A stretch of DNA of 55,878 nucleotides, the filler included, from Asterionella formosa (taxonomy: Eukaryota), in NCBI GenBank assembly GCA_002256025.1. It is 4 parts of 4 records of this genome, joined end to end, with 100 filler letters (N's around TTAATTAATTAA, not from the genome) between each part and the next. Parts side by side here need not be neighbours in the genome. Positions count along the whole stretch, not along the records: positions 14,005 to 27,902 come from NKIB01006330.1; positions 28,003 to 41,894 come from NKIB01006337.1; 2 more parts are not named here. One strand, written 5' to 3'. The notes under the pieces were generated by a model that saw only the letters and a list, made by a program, of their open reading frames with translations, searched no databases and was not told the origin of the DNA. Positions 22,901-34,718 of the stretch are shown one piece after another; the first letter of the stretch is position 1, and every line of letters starts with the position of its first letter. A program made the translations under genes and the position numbers.

Positions 22901-24511
22901 TACCAGTCAATTTCGTTGTGATGACCTCTGCAGATAAGATATCAATCCCACCTGGGTAAATTCCACGAGTTCCTTGGAAATTGTACAAAACACCTGAATG
23001 ATCATGCTTGAAATCTAGCGTCTCGGTTTTTCCTGCTTTTGTCAAAGTCATTTTGTTGTGCTTCATACCGAGTTTCGTATTTACCATCACGTACAAAAGT
23101 ACCAATGCTGGTAATATTTTTATGAAAGGTAGGTGTATAAAGGACATTCTTAAGCAAGAGTGTCTCATTGGTCACTTTGTTTCGCATGCAGACATCTCCG
23201 CGTTCCTTGCAAATGACTTCTTTACCATCGCCTACAACAACGCGTACATTTACTGCTTTCACATTTGTCATATACTTATTGCACATAGAAATATGAATGG
23301 TTGCGCCTGTATCAGCTAACCAACGTTCATTTTCCTCGCTTGATGCGCAAATTCTACTCTCACTGTTTTTGATACTTGCATGGTATGCTTGATTGATCTC
23401 TTCATCCACAATTTCAACCGTCACTCCAATAAATGCATATTCTGTTTCTTCGCATTTAGTGTAGTCCTTTGTGTCTTCAACATGATATCCATAGTCAAAA
23501 AACGTTTTGTTGTTTCAGTCAAGGCAATTATTTCAAAATCATCATCAGTATCAGACTTTTCTTCATGAATTTCGATCGTTTCAACAATACCAACAAACAT
23601 TCCAGTTTCTTTCTTTTCCTTTGCTTGTTTTCTTTTCTTCAGAACAATCCTTAGCAATGTGACCTGCATACTTGTTGCAATTGAAATATTTGACACCTTT
23701 GCCTTTCGTTTCTTTGTTTGCGCCTGCTGAATAGTTCTTGGATTGGCAGTCAGCTGCCTTGTGCCCTTGTTTTCCACAATTCTTGCATAGTCCATTGAAT
23801 TTACCATTTACAGACAAAGCAATCTTGTTGGTATTTAAATCCTTGAACTTCCTTTTGTAGAATGCACGAAGTTTAGATTTAAAATCTGATAAAGTAATAG
23901 TACCCATTCCTTCAATAACAGTCATGACTTCGCTGTACTCTCTAGGTAACTTGTTCATCATGTGCGCAATGGCTTCAACCTCTTTCTTTTCAAATGATGT
24001 ATCAATTTGACGCATTCTGTTCTTGACTTTATCGAGGGCAATGAACCATTCATCTGGGTTTGCTTTAGTACTCTCCAAAGTACAATCGTTGAATTCACCT
24101 GTTAGCTGATGAATCAAATTAGTAACTTGATGAGGAGCATATCGATCCTCCAAATACTGCTAGGCAAGAAAAGCATCTCCATCCATCAAATCATCTGTCT
24201 TGGCAGAATTCACAATCCCAAATGCAATCCCACTGACACTAAGAATCAATAGCTGATATGCCTTGTCATTCAACTTGTACTTCTTCTTCTCGTCATCATC
24301 AGTAGACTCCAAATAGGCATCATCATTGATTGGCTTCGTGTCTTTGGCATAAACATGCCTAAAACCTTAAGATTTCGCAAGCTGAGGAGTCTTGATAGTC
24401 CACTCAAGCCAAGCAGTTTTTCTTCCATCAAACTTGATCAAGCGAACAGTCTCACCTGATTTCTCATCGGCTGTAACCATGTCTCTAGACCTGTAGGTTT
24501 GTTTTAAAACA

Positions 24512-24883
24512 TGTTAAATTGTCTAGTTGAAATATCACAGATCTTACTTTTAAGATCACCAAAACTGAAAGCGTATTTTCCCTTTACATTTTGTAATATT
24601 GTGAAATTTCTGTTAATAGTCCATCCAGTCTTGTTCTTGCCTGATTACTCATGTAATCCTGAGCAAGACTTCTCATATTTTCCTTGATCCCATCAAAATG
24701 ATCTTGCTTACTTTGACAATAAGTAAGCATATTCATTTGACAATAAGTGAGCATCTGATTCACTTGTCAATAAGTAAACATCTCCAGTCATTTGTCAATA
24801 AATGTCACATGTTTTGGGTCTTGGTTTCTAATCACTACTAAGAATATTGATTCTCGACTCGTTGGATTCCATATATTTTATCA
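24512..24883 (-). repeat. 5' LTR of the copia element
   Basis: Direct repeat of 19583-19954; gag ATG follows at 24480. Confidence 0.95.
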
Positions 24884-25372
24884 TGTAGTATGGGTCACTT
24901 TCCAGAATTTGCTTCCTGGTCAGCACTGAATATGGAGCGTCATCATCAGGCATCATGAGGATGATCTCACACCAGCAAGTTGCGGTCATTTTGCTTACAT
25001 AAGCAATTTAATCTCGGATAAAGGAAGCTAAATCCTTAGTTCAACACAATTACCGCAATAGTAGTATGTTTAGACAGTTTGATGTACTGGTGCTGTTACT
25101 ACGTACATACCGAAAAACTCCTTTAAAATGTACAGTATGTAGAATCATTGCAAACAACAATTCTCCGCCGCAGTAACCACATGAATTATACTGTACACTA
25201 CATACGACAAGACGCCCACGGTATTGTTACCGGTAATAAAATAGATGAAGTCAAGAATAGTATCCATACCGGAATAAAGTATTACCATTACAGAAAGAAT
25301 CTTCATCCTTCGAATATATTTGACACCAACAAAAGCAAAGGTTCGCTTGCATTCTTCTGTACGCTTGAAGAA

Positions 25373-26413
25373 ATGAGAAACTTCTTGTTGTTGTTCGCCC
25401 TAACGGTGCCTCCCGCCGTCCAATCCTTTTCACCTCTTCATAGTCCTGCTATCATCAGTCACAATGTCAAGTGGTCGAGTCGGTTCAACCCAAAATTGGT
25501 GAGAGTTGATTCCAAATCAACGCCAGTGCTTTTTGCCGAGAAGGCATTCATTGATGCAACCCTTCAAAAAGGTGACGAATTGATTCTCACTAGACTTGTT
25601 CGAATTGCTTCCCATGCTCCGACTCTAGCAACTTTGTTATACTTTGGTTTGGTCTCCATGACATCGATGATGGGTGGTCCAGGCCCCATTATGCCGACTT
25701 TAAGCTCAGTGTTGACTAAAGCACTGGGATCCACCACGTCTGCGGAGTTTTCTGGCTTCTTTCCTACCTTGATTACTCCTCCTAGCTACATTTTCGCCAT
25801 TTGGCCGCTGATTTCCCTTGTTCAGCTCCTTACAATAGCGATTTCAGCATTGCGCCCGTCCCCCTCCCCTCTCCTTGCCGGCGCTGATCTTTCCTCGCTT
25901 TCTATCGCCAACCTGGCGGCTACTAGCTGGCTTTTTGTGTCCAGCAAGGCCGCAAAAACCATGCTCCCTCTTTCAGCATTTCTAATTCTTCCCGTGGTTC
26001 CAATATTCGCCGGATTTCCTCTTCGAACGCGCTCCAGTGGCGCCATGAAGGCATCCCTCGACAACGTTGCATTCCAGCTATTTTCTAGTTTCACCACGAT
26101 TGCTGCTTTCTTGGCACTCACTGTCGAGCTTCAGCACGGTGGACGTTTGGCTTTTTTCAAGGGCAAGGCAGAGCTTTCAGCAATGATCTTCTTGTCGTTG
26201 TACTATTACTTGGTTGGCCTTGGTGGACAAGGCATAGTTAAAAAGTCTGTGAATGTTGTCGCGATTGTTGGTATACTGCTCAAGAGGTTGAATGCTGGCT
26301 TGATGACAGGTTCTGCTGGAGTTGGTCAGCTGTTTCTTTCTGTGAGCTTTATTGGGACTTGCGCTGTTGCTTTTAAAGCTCTCAAGAAATTATTCGAAAA
26401 AACACCGGAATAG
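25373..26413 (+). CDS. Plastid-targeted multi-pass membrane protein with TspO/tryptophan-rich-sensory-like motif
   Basis: MRNFLLLFALTVPPAVQS^FSP signal peptide with ASAFAP-like Phe, Ser/Arg-rich transit peptide, TLITPPSYIFAIWPLI motif, multiple TM helices; ATG 25373 preferred to the upstream TTG. Confidence 0.7.
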   Translation: MRNFLLLFALTVPPAVQSFSPLHSPAIISHNVKWSSRFNPKLVRVDSKSTPVLFAEKAFIDATLQKGDELILTRLVRIASHAPTLATLLYFGLVSMTSMMGGPGPIMPTLSSVLTKALGSTTSAEFSGFFPTLITPPSYIFAIWPLISLVQLLTIAISALRPSPSPLLAGADLSSLSIANLAATSWLFVSSKAAKTMLPLSAFLILPVVPIFAGFPLRTRSSGAMKASLDNVAFQLFSSFTTIAAFLALTVELQHGGRLAFFKGKAELSAMIFLSLYYYLVGLGGQGIVKKSVNVVAIVGILLKRLNAGLMTGSAGVGQLFLSVSFIGTCAVAFKALKKLFEKTPE

Positions 26414-26659
26414 TTCTAGAAGGCAGAAATGTAGCTGGCACGCGCTCATATAGGAGGGTGGCACCCAAAATGATTTTAAAGAGTTGAACTAGTTTTCACA
26501 TCATCGTCATTATGACTGTGTTTACCGGTATTCCACTCCATAGATTACTCTAGCTTTCCCGACAAAAGAATCTACACTTTCCTCTGTTTGCTTGTCGCTC
26601 ATTATATTTAGTTTCCTTTCTATCCACCGTTTGCTGTACAGCCATATGTACAGGGTGAA

Positions 26660-27902
26660 GTATCTAACTAGAAGTAGTAGTATTTGTTGAATATATGAGC
26701 TTATTAATTAATCCTTATGTATAACTCATTTCCTGAACTGACATCAAAGTATAGAATGGGTGTTAGTCGAGTTCTCTCATTATTGAATTCCGATATATTT
26801 GACATAACCCCAACTCTATATATATCTGTATCGATGTGCAGGATTGCTCACTCTCCCACACTTGAGGGAAAACCTTTTACCTATGAAAAGGTTTGATACG
26901 ACGAATATTAATTCGTTCGGTAATATGTATAGTGCGTTGAAAAGTAACTGTACCATTGGCATGTACTTGAATAATAGTATAAGGACCTCGTCCACGATCA
27001 TCCAAAGTAGTAGGATTATCCAATAATATTAAAATCTCGTCACCCACTTTGTAATCATAAGATCGACGACGGAAATTTGCACGATGTAAACGTTCGTCAA
27101 TTATCACCTGTCGACGTTGATGTATTAATTGTAAATCTGTAATCAAAGGAATATTTAATATCATATCACGTTGGAAAACCCATGCTCCTGGTGAAATACG
27201 TAATATACTATGAATAGTAGCTCGAGCTGCATATGACGCAGCTGCAAAACATGTATCCACAATATTTTGGGCTTGAAATTCATTGATTGGAGGATGAGCC
27301 TTTAACATAACTCGTAGACTATTGCTGATAGATTGATGGAAACGTTCACAGATAGCATTTGCTTGTGGATTCTTTACTGTGGTAGTCACATCTTTGATTC
27401 CATTCAATACTAACATGTGTAAGAAAGGAGCACCAGTAAATTCACCTCCATTGTCATGTATACAACGTTCTGGACGGGGATATCTGGCTAACCAATCATT
27501 TTCAAATTTCATTGCAATATATTCTGATGTTTTATTGATGATACGTGAAATTTCTGCTAAATTGGTGACTGTGTCAATACAAGTTAGAGCACGAAATTCA
27601 ATCGTTTGAGCAGCCACTGTTATCTTCCATGGACCAATTAGATCTACTGCGACTTCTGACCATGGTAATAATAATGCATTCCTGGGTGGAAGTTCACCAA
27701 AACCAGTACCAGGTAATTTTGTACGTTGACATGCTTCACATACTCTTACAATATGTTCCACTCTTGTTTTTAATATAGGGTGATAAAAATGTGTAGCAAT
27801 TGTAGCATTTAATCTTGTCATACCCACATGAGCTAACATCTGATGATACCAATTAATAATAGGATCCAATAATGATGTAGGAATAGCAATACGCCAAGTA
27901 TC
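26660..27902 (-). mobile_element. 3' end of a Ty3/gypsy LTR retrotransposon: intact integrase frame (27869-26877), PPT and 3' LTR (from 26850; far boundary uncertain)
   Basis: HQMLAH...CEAC zinc motif, VDLIGP, DNGGEF, PQANAICER, GPY motif; integrase is the last domain; GGGAGAG precedes TGAGCA; LTR region matches 40690-40906. Confidence 0.92.
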
Positions 27903-28002
27903 NNNNNNNNNNNNNNNNNNNNNNNNNNNNNNNNNNNNNNNNNNNNTTAATTAATTAANNNNNNNNNNNNNNNNNNNNNNNNNNNNNNNNNNNNNNNNNN
28001 NN
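27903..28002. other. Artificial contig spacer
   Basis: N44-TTAATTAATTAA-N44. Confidence 0.97.
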
Positions 28003-28261
28003 ACCAATGCTGTATCACTGATCAAGCCGTTGATCACTGTGTATCACGTCCGTTGCCACTGATAAAATAACTGTAAATACGCAAGCACAACACTATTAAA
28101 TATTGCGCCAACTATTTTTTGTTATATATATACTACGGTACTCTGTATACATTACCTTTCAGCTTCGTGAGTCATACAAGAATCAGTAGTCCGCTCATCT
28201 CTATACCAATCTTCCGACATCGACTATATCTCGATTAATTGGCGCAATAAGCAGCAAAGTA

Positions 28262-28651
28262 GTGGGTACGGCTGAAACTTCTGATGCTGCCTCTATTCGC
28301 ATTGATTCGGAAGAGACGCAATGCGTTGTAGCTGATGAGGACGTCGAAGATATTGTTGAGTTGTCTACTGCTGATCCAACCGACATTGACGAGATGGTTC
28401 CTCCACCTGAAATGAAAATACCTCCAACTGCTGACACACTCGACATTGACGAGATGGATCCATCCGAAAATGTCGTACCTGCAACTACTACTGGTACACT
28501 TCTTGACATTAACGAGATTCTTGGTCCCCCTGAAAAGAGGAAACCCTTTCCCGGTTGGCTAAAAATGATAAGAACGACCCTTAGGGTGAAAGCCATTGCC
28601 CAAGCCGCCAAAACAAACCAAAATATCTTGTTTGTCCAGATGTGGTCATGA
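28262..28651 (+). pseudogene. Acidic repeat-containing coding fragment (three ~60-nt repeats encoding DI[D/N]E[M/I])
   Basis: GACATT[G/A]ACGAGAT at ~28382, ~28442, ~28505; no clear ATG; frame closes shortly after. Confidence 0.3.
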
Positions 28652-30716
28652 ACAATATGACAAAATGGATTACCTGGTATGTCGCAGCATAATGACCCAT
28701 GTGCTCGAATGAATATGAATTGTAATTGTTCATCGTGAGAAGGTGAGATATTTACAGGGTACATACAATCTACACACGAATCAACCACAGGACGGAATCC
28801 AGAATTCGTTCGTATGCCATACTTGATGTCGAAATAGGGAGACAAATACGAGTACCCAATGTATCTATGAAAATCGTGCATGGATTTGTACGGTTTACCC
28901 GGTATACAAAGTACACTCAATGCAGTATGTGACTAGCATTTTGAGTTAACTAGCAGTACCAAGAATGTCATGCAATTTCGAGGTGGTGTTGGATATGATC
29001 TCACATCATGACAATGAATAGCAATTCAGATCGAAAATTTTTGGCCTGCTAAGATTGAACTGGCACCAAAAATACCAAAAAGTTCAAATTTACTGTTTTG
29101 ATTTGCTAGGCAATTAGGTCATCATGAAGAATAACTTGTATGAACAAGGACCAGCATTGTTTTTTTAGTTGTATGAGAAAATCTAAAGTCACAACGAAAA
29201 AGGAGAATTCATACAGTCTGGAAGAAAGTAAGCAAAACTAATTTGAGGTTGCCCTCTGATGGCTGGGGTCTAATGAGCAAGCTGTCCAAATTTTCATTCC
29301 ACCTTCTTGTCTGTATACTTTCTTTGTGTATGATTGTGTTGCTCCTTACACCATTTTCTTTTGACATCGTCATGACACTGCATAGTTCATCCCTCATTAT
29401 TCTGTGTCCAATGGGTGATACAATGACTGTAGGTTTTCCGCTTCAACTTTTGTTGAAACATTCAACATGAACCATTCAAATCATTTCGTCTGCTTTCACT
29501 TATCATGCTATTTTCTGTTTCTAACATTTTCCCGACGGCCTTAAAAGACACCAAATATTAAAGCAGTAGTCGTGACTACGAAATAAATGGTTGATTGGTG
29601 CTTCGGAGGACTCGGTGAATTCGGCGAGAGGGAGATTCTGGTTTTTCTTGGTCCAGGCACCATAATAGATTTCAATGAAAGACAATCAGCTTTGGAAGTC
29701 CATTCGAGCGATACTGGGCCACTGGATTTCAGGAAAGCAGGGCGTAGAAGAATGCTGACCCTGGAGATGGATCTGACAGAAATCTTGGATCTTGAATATT
29801 CAGTGGAAGGCATCCTTTCTCGGATTTTTAAATACTTTCAATGCTCTTAGCCATTGAAACTCAGGTGAACCTAATCCAAGGAAACAACTCAAGGAAGTAT
29901 CTTCTAGCTACTACCATTCAAATAATGAGAATAAGAAAGATGGCAATGAAGGCAACAGTCAAGGAAATGGCTCAAACGCAATCACAGAGATCATCGAAGC
30001 GGAATCAATAACAACAAAAGCAATCGCAATAACAACGATGATCGCTTCTTGGCTGATACTAGAAGTCCCAATTGGAATAAGGAAAAATAACAAGGAAAAC
30101 AAGATAACCTCTAGTTGAAGAGGTGGAATGGTATTAATATGTGATAAATTTCATGTGAATTAAATGTTATCTAATGAAATTTGTGCAGTGAACAACAAAG
30201 AAATGGAACTAGAAAATTACAACAATAGTGAATATGTGTCCTGCACCCAATCATGAGGAATAAGTTTATTTACTATTGGCGTAAGGTTGTATGGTATTTC
30301 AGTTGCTGTGCAGATTAGACATGATTACAGTGCTCGTGCATAAATCGACAAGGTGAATGGTCAAGATCTTTCCGTGATCCAAATTATCAACAAAATGCTT
30401 ATAAATCGACGCACTGGTGGAAATCTACAACTACGTATTTAGTCTATTACTACGTCGACTAGTATGCATCTTATTAAATTCTCATTGTTTCTGTTAAATG
30501 AGGTTATACATTTAATTTTATTTGATTGCTTTACTGTTGTGCTAATCAGACAAGTAGCTAACATCATTATATGAAGAAGCAAGGAGTAAAGGAACTAAAC
30601 TCGCTGTTGTTACGTGTGTACTGGTGTAATGATGCAAACAATCATTTGACTAGCTAGTTATTTACATGGTGCTAGATCATTACTAGCGCACAAGATAAAG
30701 ATGCGCCAGTAGAATA

Positions 30717-30934
30717 AATTGTTAAGTAAATTTTATAGTACGCTAGTATTGTTAAAGAACTCGACAATTGTGGAGGTTGTGAAGTCGCACTTGGCCCCCC
30801 AGAGGGCCTTAGACCTGCTTGTCGTCTGCCTCACCACCCGGAATCCAAGGGACTACATAAACAAAGCAGGTGGAGAATGCGGGAATCGAGCCCGCCACCT
30901 CGGAAGGTGAGCCAACCAACTAAGCTATTCCCCT
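30717..30934 (-). mobile_element. tRNA-derived SINE, 218 bp, flanked by an 18-bp target-site duplication
   Basis: AGATGCGCCAGTAGAATA at 30699-30716 and 30935-30952; minus-strand head GGGGAATAGCTTAGTTGG (A box) ... GCGGGCTCGATTCCCGC (T arm/B box) ATTCTCCACC; AT-rich 3' end. Confidence 0.85.
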
Positions 30935-31157
30935 AGATGCGCCAGTAGAATATATACCACATCATCTTGCTTAATGATGATCTGGTGATACTATCACTTA
31001 TGACAATTATGTTTTAATGTTAATTTTACATTTATTCTTTACTGAAAGAAACCTCAATCGTATCTTGTCCATTTGCTTTTTCCATTTTTCACTCATTTGA
31101 ATCTCCAAGATTCAGACATCATCGCCATTGGAAACTGAAGGAACTGTTGTGAAGAGC

Positions 31158-31645
31158 ATGTCAGAGCTGAAGTTAAAGCGTAAAAGTATTTCTATCGATA
31201 CAAATTAGCAGCATTAAATTTTATCAGTGAAGGGAATAGCTTTAGAGAAGTTGCTTTTAAACTTGCCATGAGCATTGGAACTGTTTAAAATGCAAAGAAA
31301 AAGAAGGAGGACTTATTGATGGAAGGATAATCGATGCAATCAATAAAAATGGCTTATCTTAATAGCGGGACAGAAATAAACTCAGTGTTTTGGAGACGGG
31401 TTGGTACTCTTCGCGCAAATGGATATCCAATTAGTAGACCCATCCTACAAAGCAAAACTTTATCGATTGCCAATGCATGAGATGCAAATCATCTTCAAAA
31501 ATAGATGAAAAGAATCAATGTACAATCCTATGCTATTTGTTGAGAGTCTGAGAATGTAGACACTGATATGGCTGAAGAATGGAAAGCTTTATTGGCTAGT
31601 TTTAAACATGAATAAGACTTGATACTTTTATCGAGATCTCCCCAA
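31158..31645 (+). pseudogene. pogo/Tigger-like (CENP-B HTH) transposase relic
   Basis: Translates MSELKLKRKSISIDTKLAALNFISEGNSFREVAFKLAMSIGTV*, then ANGYPISRPILQSK, then *ESENVDTDMAEEWK and FYRDLP, with stops and frameshifts. Confidence 0.7.
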
Positions 31646-32818
31646 TTCAACGCTCAAGGTTGATTTGGCCACACTGTGGGTTGGCAAAATGCCGCTCGTG
31701 TGTTTAGTACACTCGGATCAAAGGTGACCATTTATTCTCGTCTATATTTTTGCCAATCTTGATGATTCCTCAACGAGAGAATCTGCCTTTTTTAAAAGAA
31801 GCATTTGGATCCTTTTTTCGAGACCTAATCTGGAAGAATCTATGGATATAACGTTTCTTTGGACCAGTTTTCTGATTTCTTAGTCATGAGACAGCAATTT
31901 TTCCAATCGCTCTGTGATGAGAGTATAGGAATATATTTCATGCTCTCCATTGAATTTGTAGTCTTCAGCTTTGCGCAAATCTTTAAGTATTCCTTGAATC
32001 ATCGATAATCAATCTATATTTGAGAAAATATTCTCAAAAATGTGAGTAGCTACAGGTACTATTCAAGGATCAGAACAAGAGAAATTGGAAGTGAAGAATT
32101 ATTTTTCATATCAATAAAAAATCTCGGTGTGCAATAGAAATCAATCAGGTTCTACAAAAGTGGGCCGATTTAAAGAATTGATCATTTTCGAATATATATG
32201 TCTTCCTCATTCAATTAAAAAAAATACATGTCTTACCCCTTCGACTCGAATTTGAACACCTGCCTGGCGTCACCCTCCCCTCAATTTCCACAATGCTGTT
32301 TCCGCAGCTTTTTCTGAAAGCTTCAATATTTTCACCCGAAAAATCGTTTTTTATTCTTCACCATCATTCTGGGCACATCCTCCATGATCAAAGCCGATGA
32401 ACATGAATTGTTGTGTTTGGAAGGAAGCTTGAAAATACATTGTGCCCCCCTCCTCCTGGAGCCTGCTCAAGCATTTATTGTCTCTTCGTATCTAGAGTAT
32501 TGCTACTATCACAAGTTTGTTTTGTATTTCTGTCAGGGCTGCAGCATGTCAAGCAGCGTAGGGGATAATGCTGACGATCGAGCGAACTTCTGTTTTAGAA
32601 AATTATTGTGAATAAAATGGGTGGCAACAGTCTCTATGACTGGATTGTTGATGCTCTATTCATTATTTGCACTTTACAATGTAAATATATTCTGAAAAAT
32701 GATAGGAATGAATCGCAATGCGATGATATGTTCTGGAAGTGAGGAGTGAAATCCTGTGGGAATCAATAAATATATGTCATAGGCAAAGGACAAAGCGAAT
32801 TGCACAAGAAGGAACAAC

Positions 32819-33250
32819 TCAAGCCTCAACATATACTTTGGAAATCGAAAGCTTATCAGCTGGCATGGATTCAGTGGGAACGTCGGTTGATTCCGTCTTG
32901 GCGGCGGGCTCGTCTTGCGTCATGTGCGCGTCAATGGCGGGCTCCGTCGGAGCATCAGCAAGAACGACCTCGTCACTGCCATTCCCAATTTGAACACGCT
33001 TGACATCAGGAGCATCGTCAGGAGCTGGCTCGGGAGAATCTCGCTTCTTAGTATGAGACTCAGGAGCTTCTTCTGGATGACCTTCTCCCGCATCGGTATC
33101 ATTGGTGGTGAAAGTGGCGCCATTGTCGTTCTCAACAGCAATCACGCCACAGCAGCAGTCTACGCTTGTTTCCTTGAGGGCAGGAATGAGTTCAAAGCCT
33201 TCGCTAGCGGTGGTGGTAGCGTCCTCAGTGATGATGTAAGTAGTAGTCAT
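32819..33250 (-). CDS. Hypothetical acidic, disordered protein (143 aa)
   Basis: ATG-initiated ORF with raised GC and a D/E/T/A/P-rich product; no recognisable domain. Confidence 0.45.
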   Translation of the reverse strand: MTTTYIITEDATTTASEGFELIPALKETSVDCCCGVIAVENDNGATFTTNDTDAGEGHPEEAPESHTKKRDSPEPAPDDAPDVKRVQIGNGSDEVVLADAPTEPAIDAHMTQDEPAAKTESTDVPTESMPADKLSISKVYVEA

Positions 33251-33748
33251 GGCTAGTTGTGGAAGAGTTGGTCTGAAGAAAGGAGAGATTGAGTTACGGT
33301 TGCAAGGAATATATAGATTTTGTGTGCTGTATTTAGGAGCGACTTGAAAAAGTGAGATCGTTTCGCTCGCCTCATGATAAGGTTTCGATTTCCATGATAA
33401 TCCGGGCAGCCAGTAGACTACCTGGTAAGCAGTATGCTAACAAACGAGGTCAGCCGAAATGTTTAACCCGGCGGTATATACTGATTGTATACTGTATTCT
33501 GGATGTGAATAAAATTATTTTAGTATAATAATAGGCAGAGACATTCACCAGTATGCAGCAATTGTTCGCTTGGCTAGAACAGCAAATATGGTGTCCAAAG
33601 CCATGGGTGTCGCCTCAGATGACAGGCCGTTCATGTAAGATTACCAGATACCAGGTACCGGTATATACAGTACTGGGTGCAATTTCTGTGGCGACGAGGT
33701 AGATCCCGTAGGCCTATGTAGTACTACCATATAAAAACCCTGACCCTA

Positions 33749-34718
33749 TGAACCCCTAGCTCGAGGTAGGGTCAAAAAAAGTAATATTGATTCAAAGTAA
33801 TCAAACATGTACTTTTCACGTCTAAAATAAATATGTATAGCGCTCAACGGAGCTTTCACCATTGACACCCTTTCCATATATGCTTACATAAAGTCTTCGG
33901 AAAAAGACATGAAGTCTTCGGAAAAAGTAGGGGTGTAGGTCCACTCTTCATATCGGCAGGATATAAGATCTGGCAAGACACTGCAGAAAGGAACTTTGGC
34001 TTTTTTACATGCTAGAAAGAATACATGCTAAAAATAAGTTTCTTTCTGCAGTTTCTTGCTTGAAGATATACTGATGCTATTTGAAGGTTACCTATGTATT
34101 TAAATCGCCGCCCTTTAGATCCAGCCAACGTTGAGCTATCATTGTCCAAAATTCGACAAAATCGGCCGGCCTTTTCCAGGGTCTCCAAAATATCGGAATC
34201 AGAATGGAATAGTAGTGATGGGCCAGAATTTTTGGTCCTGAAATCTCCTGTCCAAAAAGTTCCATTGTAAGTGCCCGCTTCCACGTATATAATATGATTG
34301 GTCAACGTGAATTACTTACCTCCATTTGATTGGCCTGATCTGCAAGGCGTTGCAAACCTACGCCAGCCAAACTGGATGCACATGTATCATTTTTTGGGGT
34401 GCTTGCCCCCGGTACAGTCCTGTATCCACTGCTGGATGCTGGTCATCATTGATTGTATGCATACATGACACATATATGTTGATTGTAGTATAGGGTATAT
34501 ATACATCAAGGGATGTAGAATGTTTATATCTATATATATATTGAAAATTTGAAAAGGAATCTATGTATACACCCACAAATTTCAACTGATTAAATATTTC
34601 AAATGGAATCATTTCATTCAAAATAAGCTAAAATCAAAATTCTAAGTTCCAGGGAATATCGGCACCCCTGCCCCTAAGCAATATTTTCAGTTTTGCCTGG
34701 GGTTCAAATGCAAGAACC
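33749..34718. mobile_element. MITE-like element copy 3; right TIR nearly intact, outer left TIR missing
   Basis: TGAACCCCTAGCTCGAGGTA... to ...GGGGTTCAAATGCAAGAACC|TTAA; collinear with copies 1 and 2. Confidence 0.8.

Larger units (their letters stand above)
19583..24883 (-). mobile_element. Full-length but decayed Ty1/copia LTR retrotransposon (5.3 kb)
   Basis: 372-bp TG...CA LTRs; gag (KFDG..W..W, CKNCGKQGHKAADC), protease (WLADTGAT), integrase (HAKHGH..CEGC, RCDNAGE, PQQNGIVER), RT (DVEAAFL, YGTVQA, HVDD), RNase H (EAEYVA, EDNTGA, RYHFIRE) in copia order with many stops and frameshifts; PPT AGCAGGGAGGG next to the 3' LTR. Confidence 0.96.

Noticed and set aside
25148..25372. N-terminal 75 codons of the 421-aa ORF
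   Set aside because: Starts at a non-ATG codon; ATG 25373 begins a clear signal peptide
29540..30120. Possible decayed membrane-protein gene on the minus strand
   Set aside because: Multiple stops and no recognisable motif; cannot be supported
30869..30933. Functional tRNA gene
   Set aside because: No 7-nt anticodon loop, weak D arm, T-loop CTCGA instead of TTCGA, and embedded in a TSD-flanked insert; better explained as a SINE head
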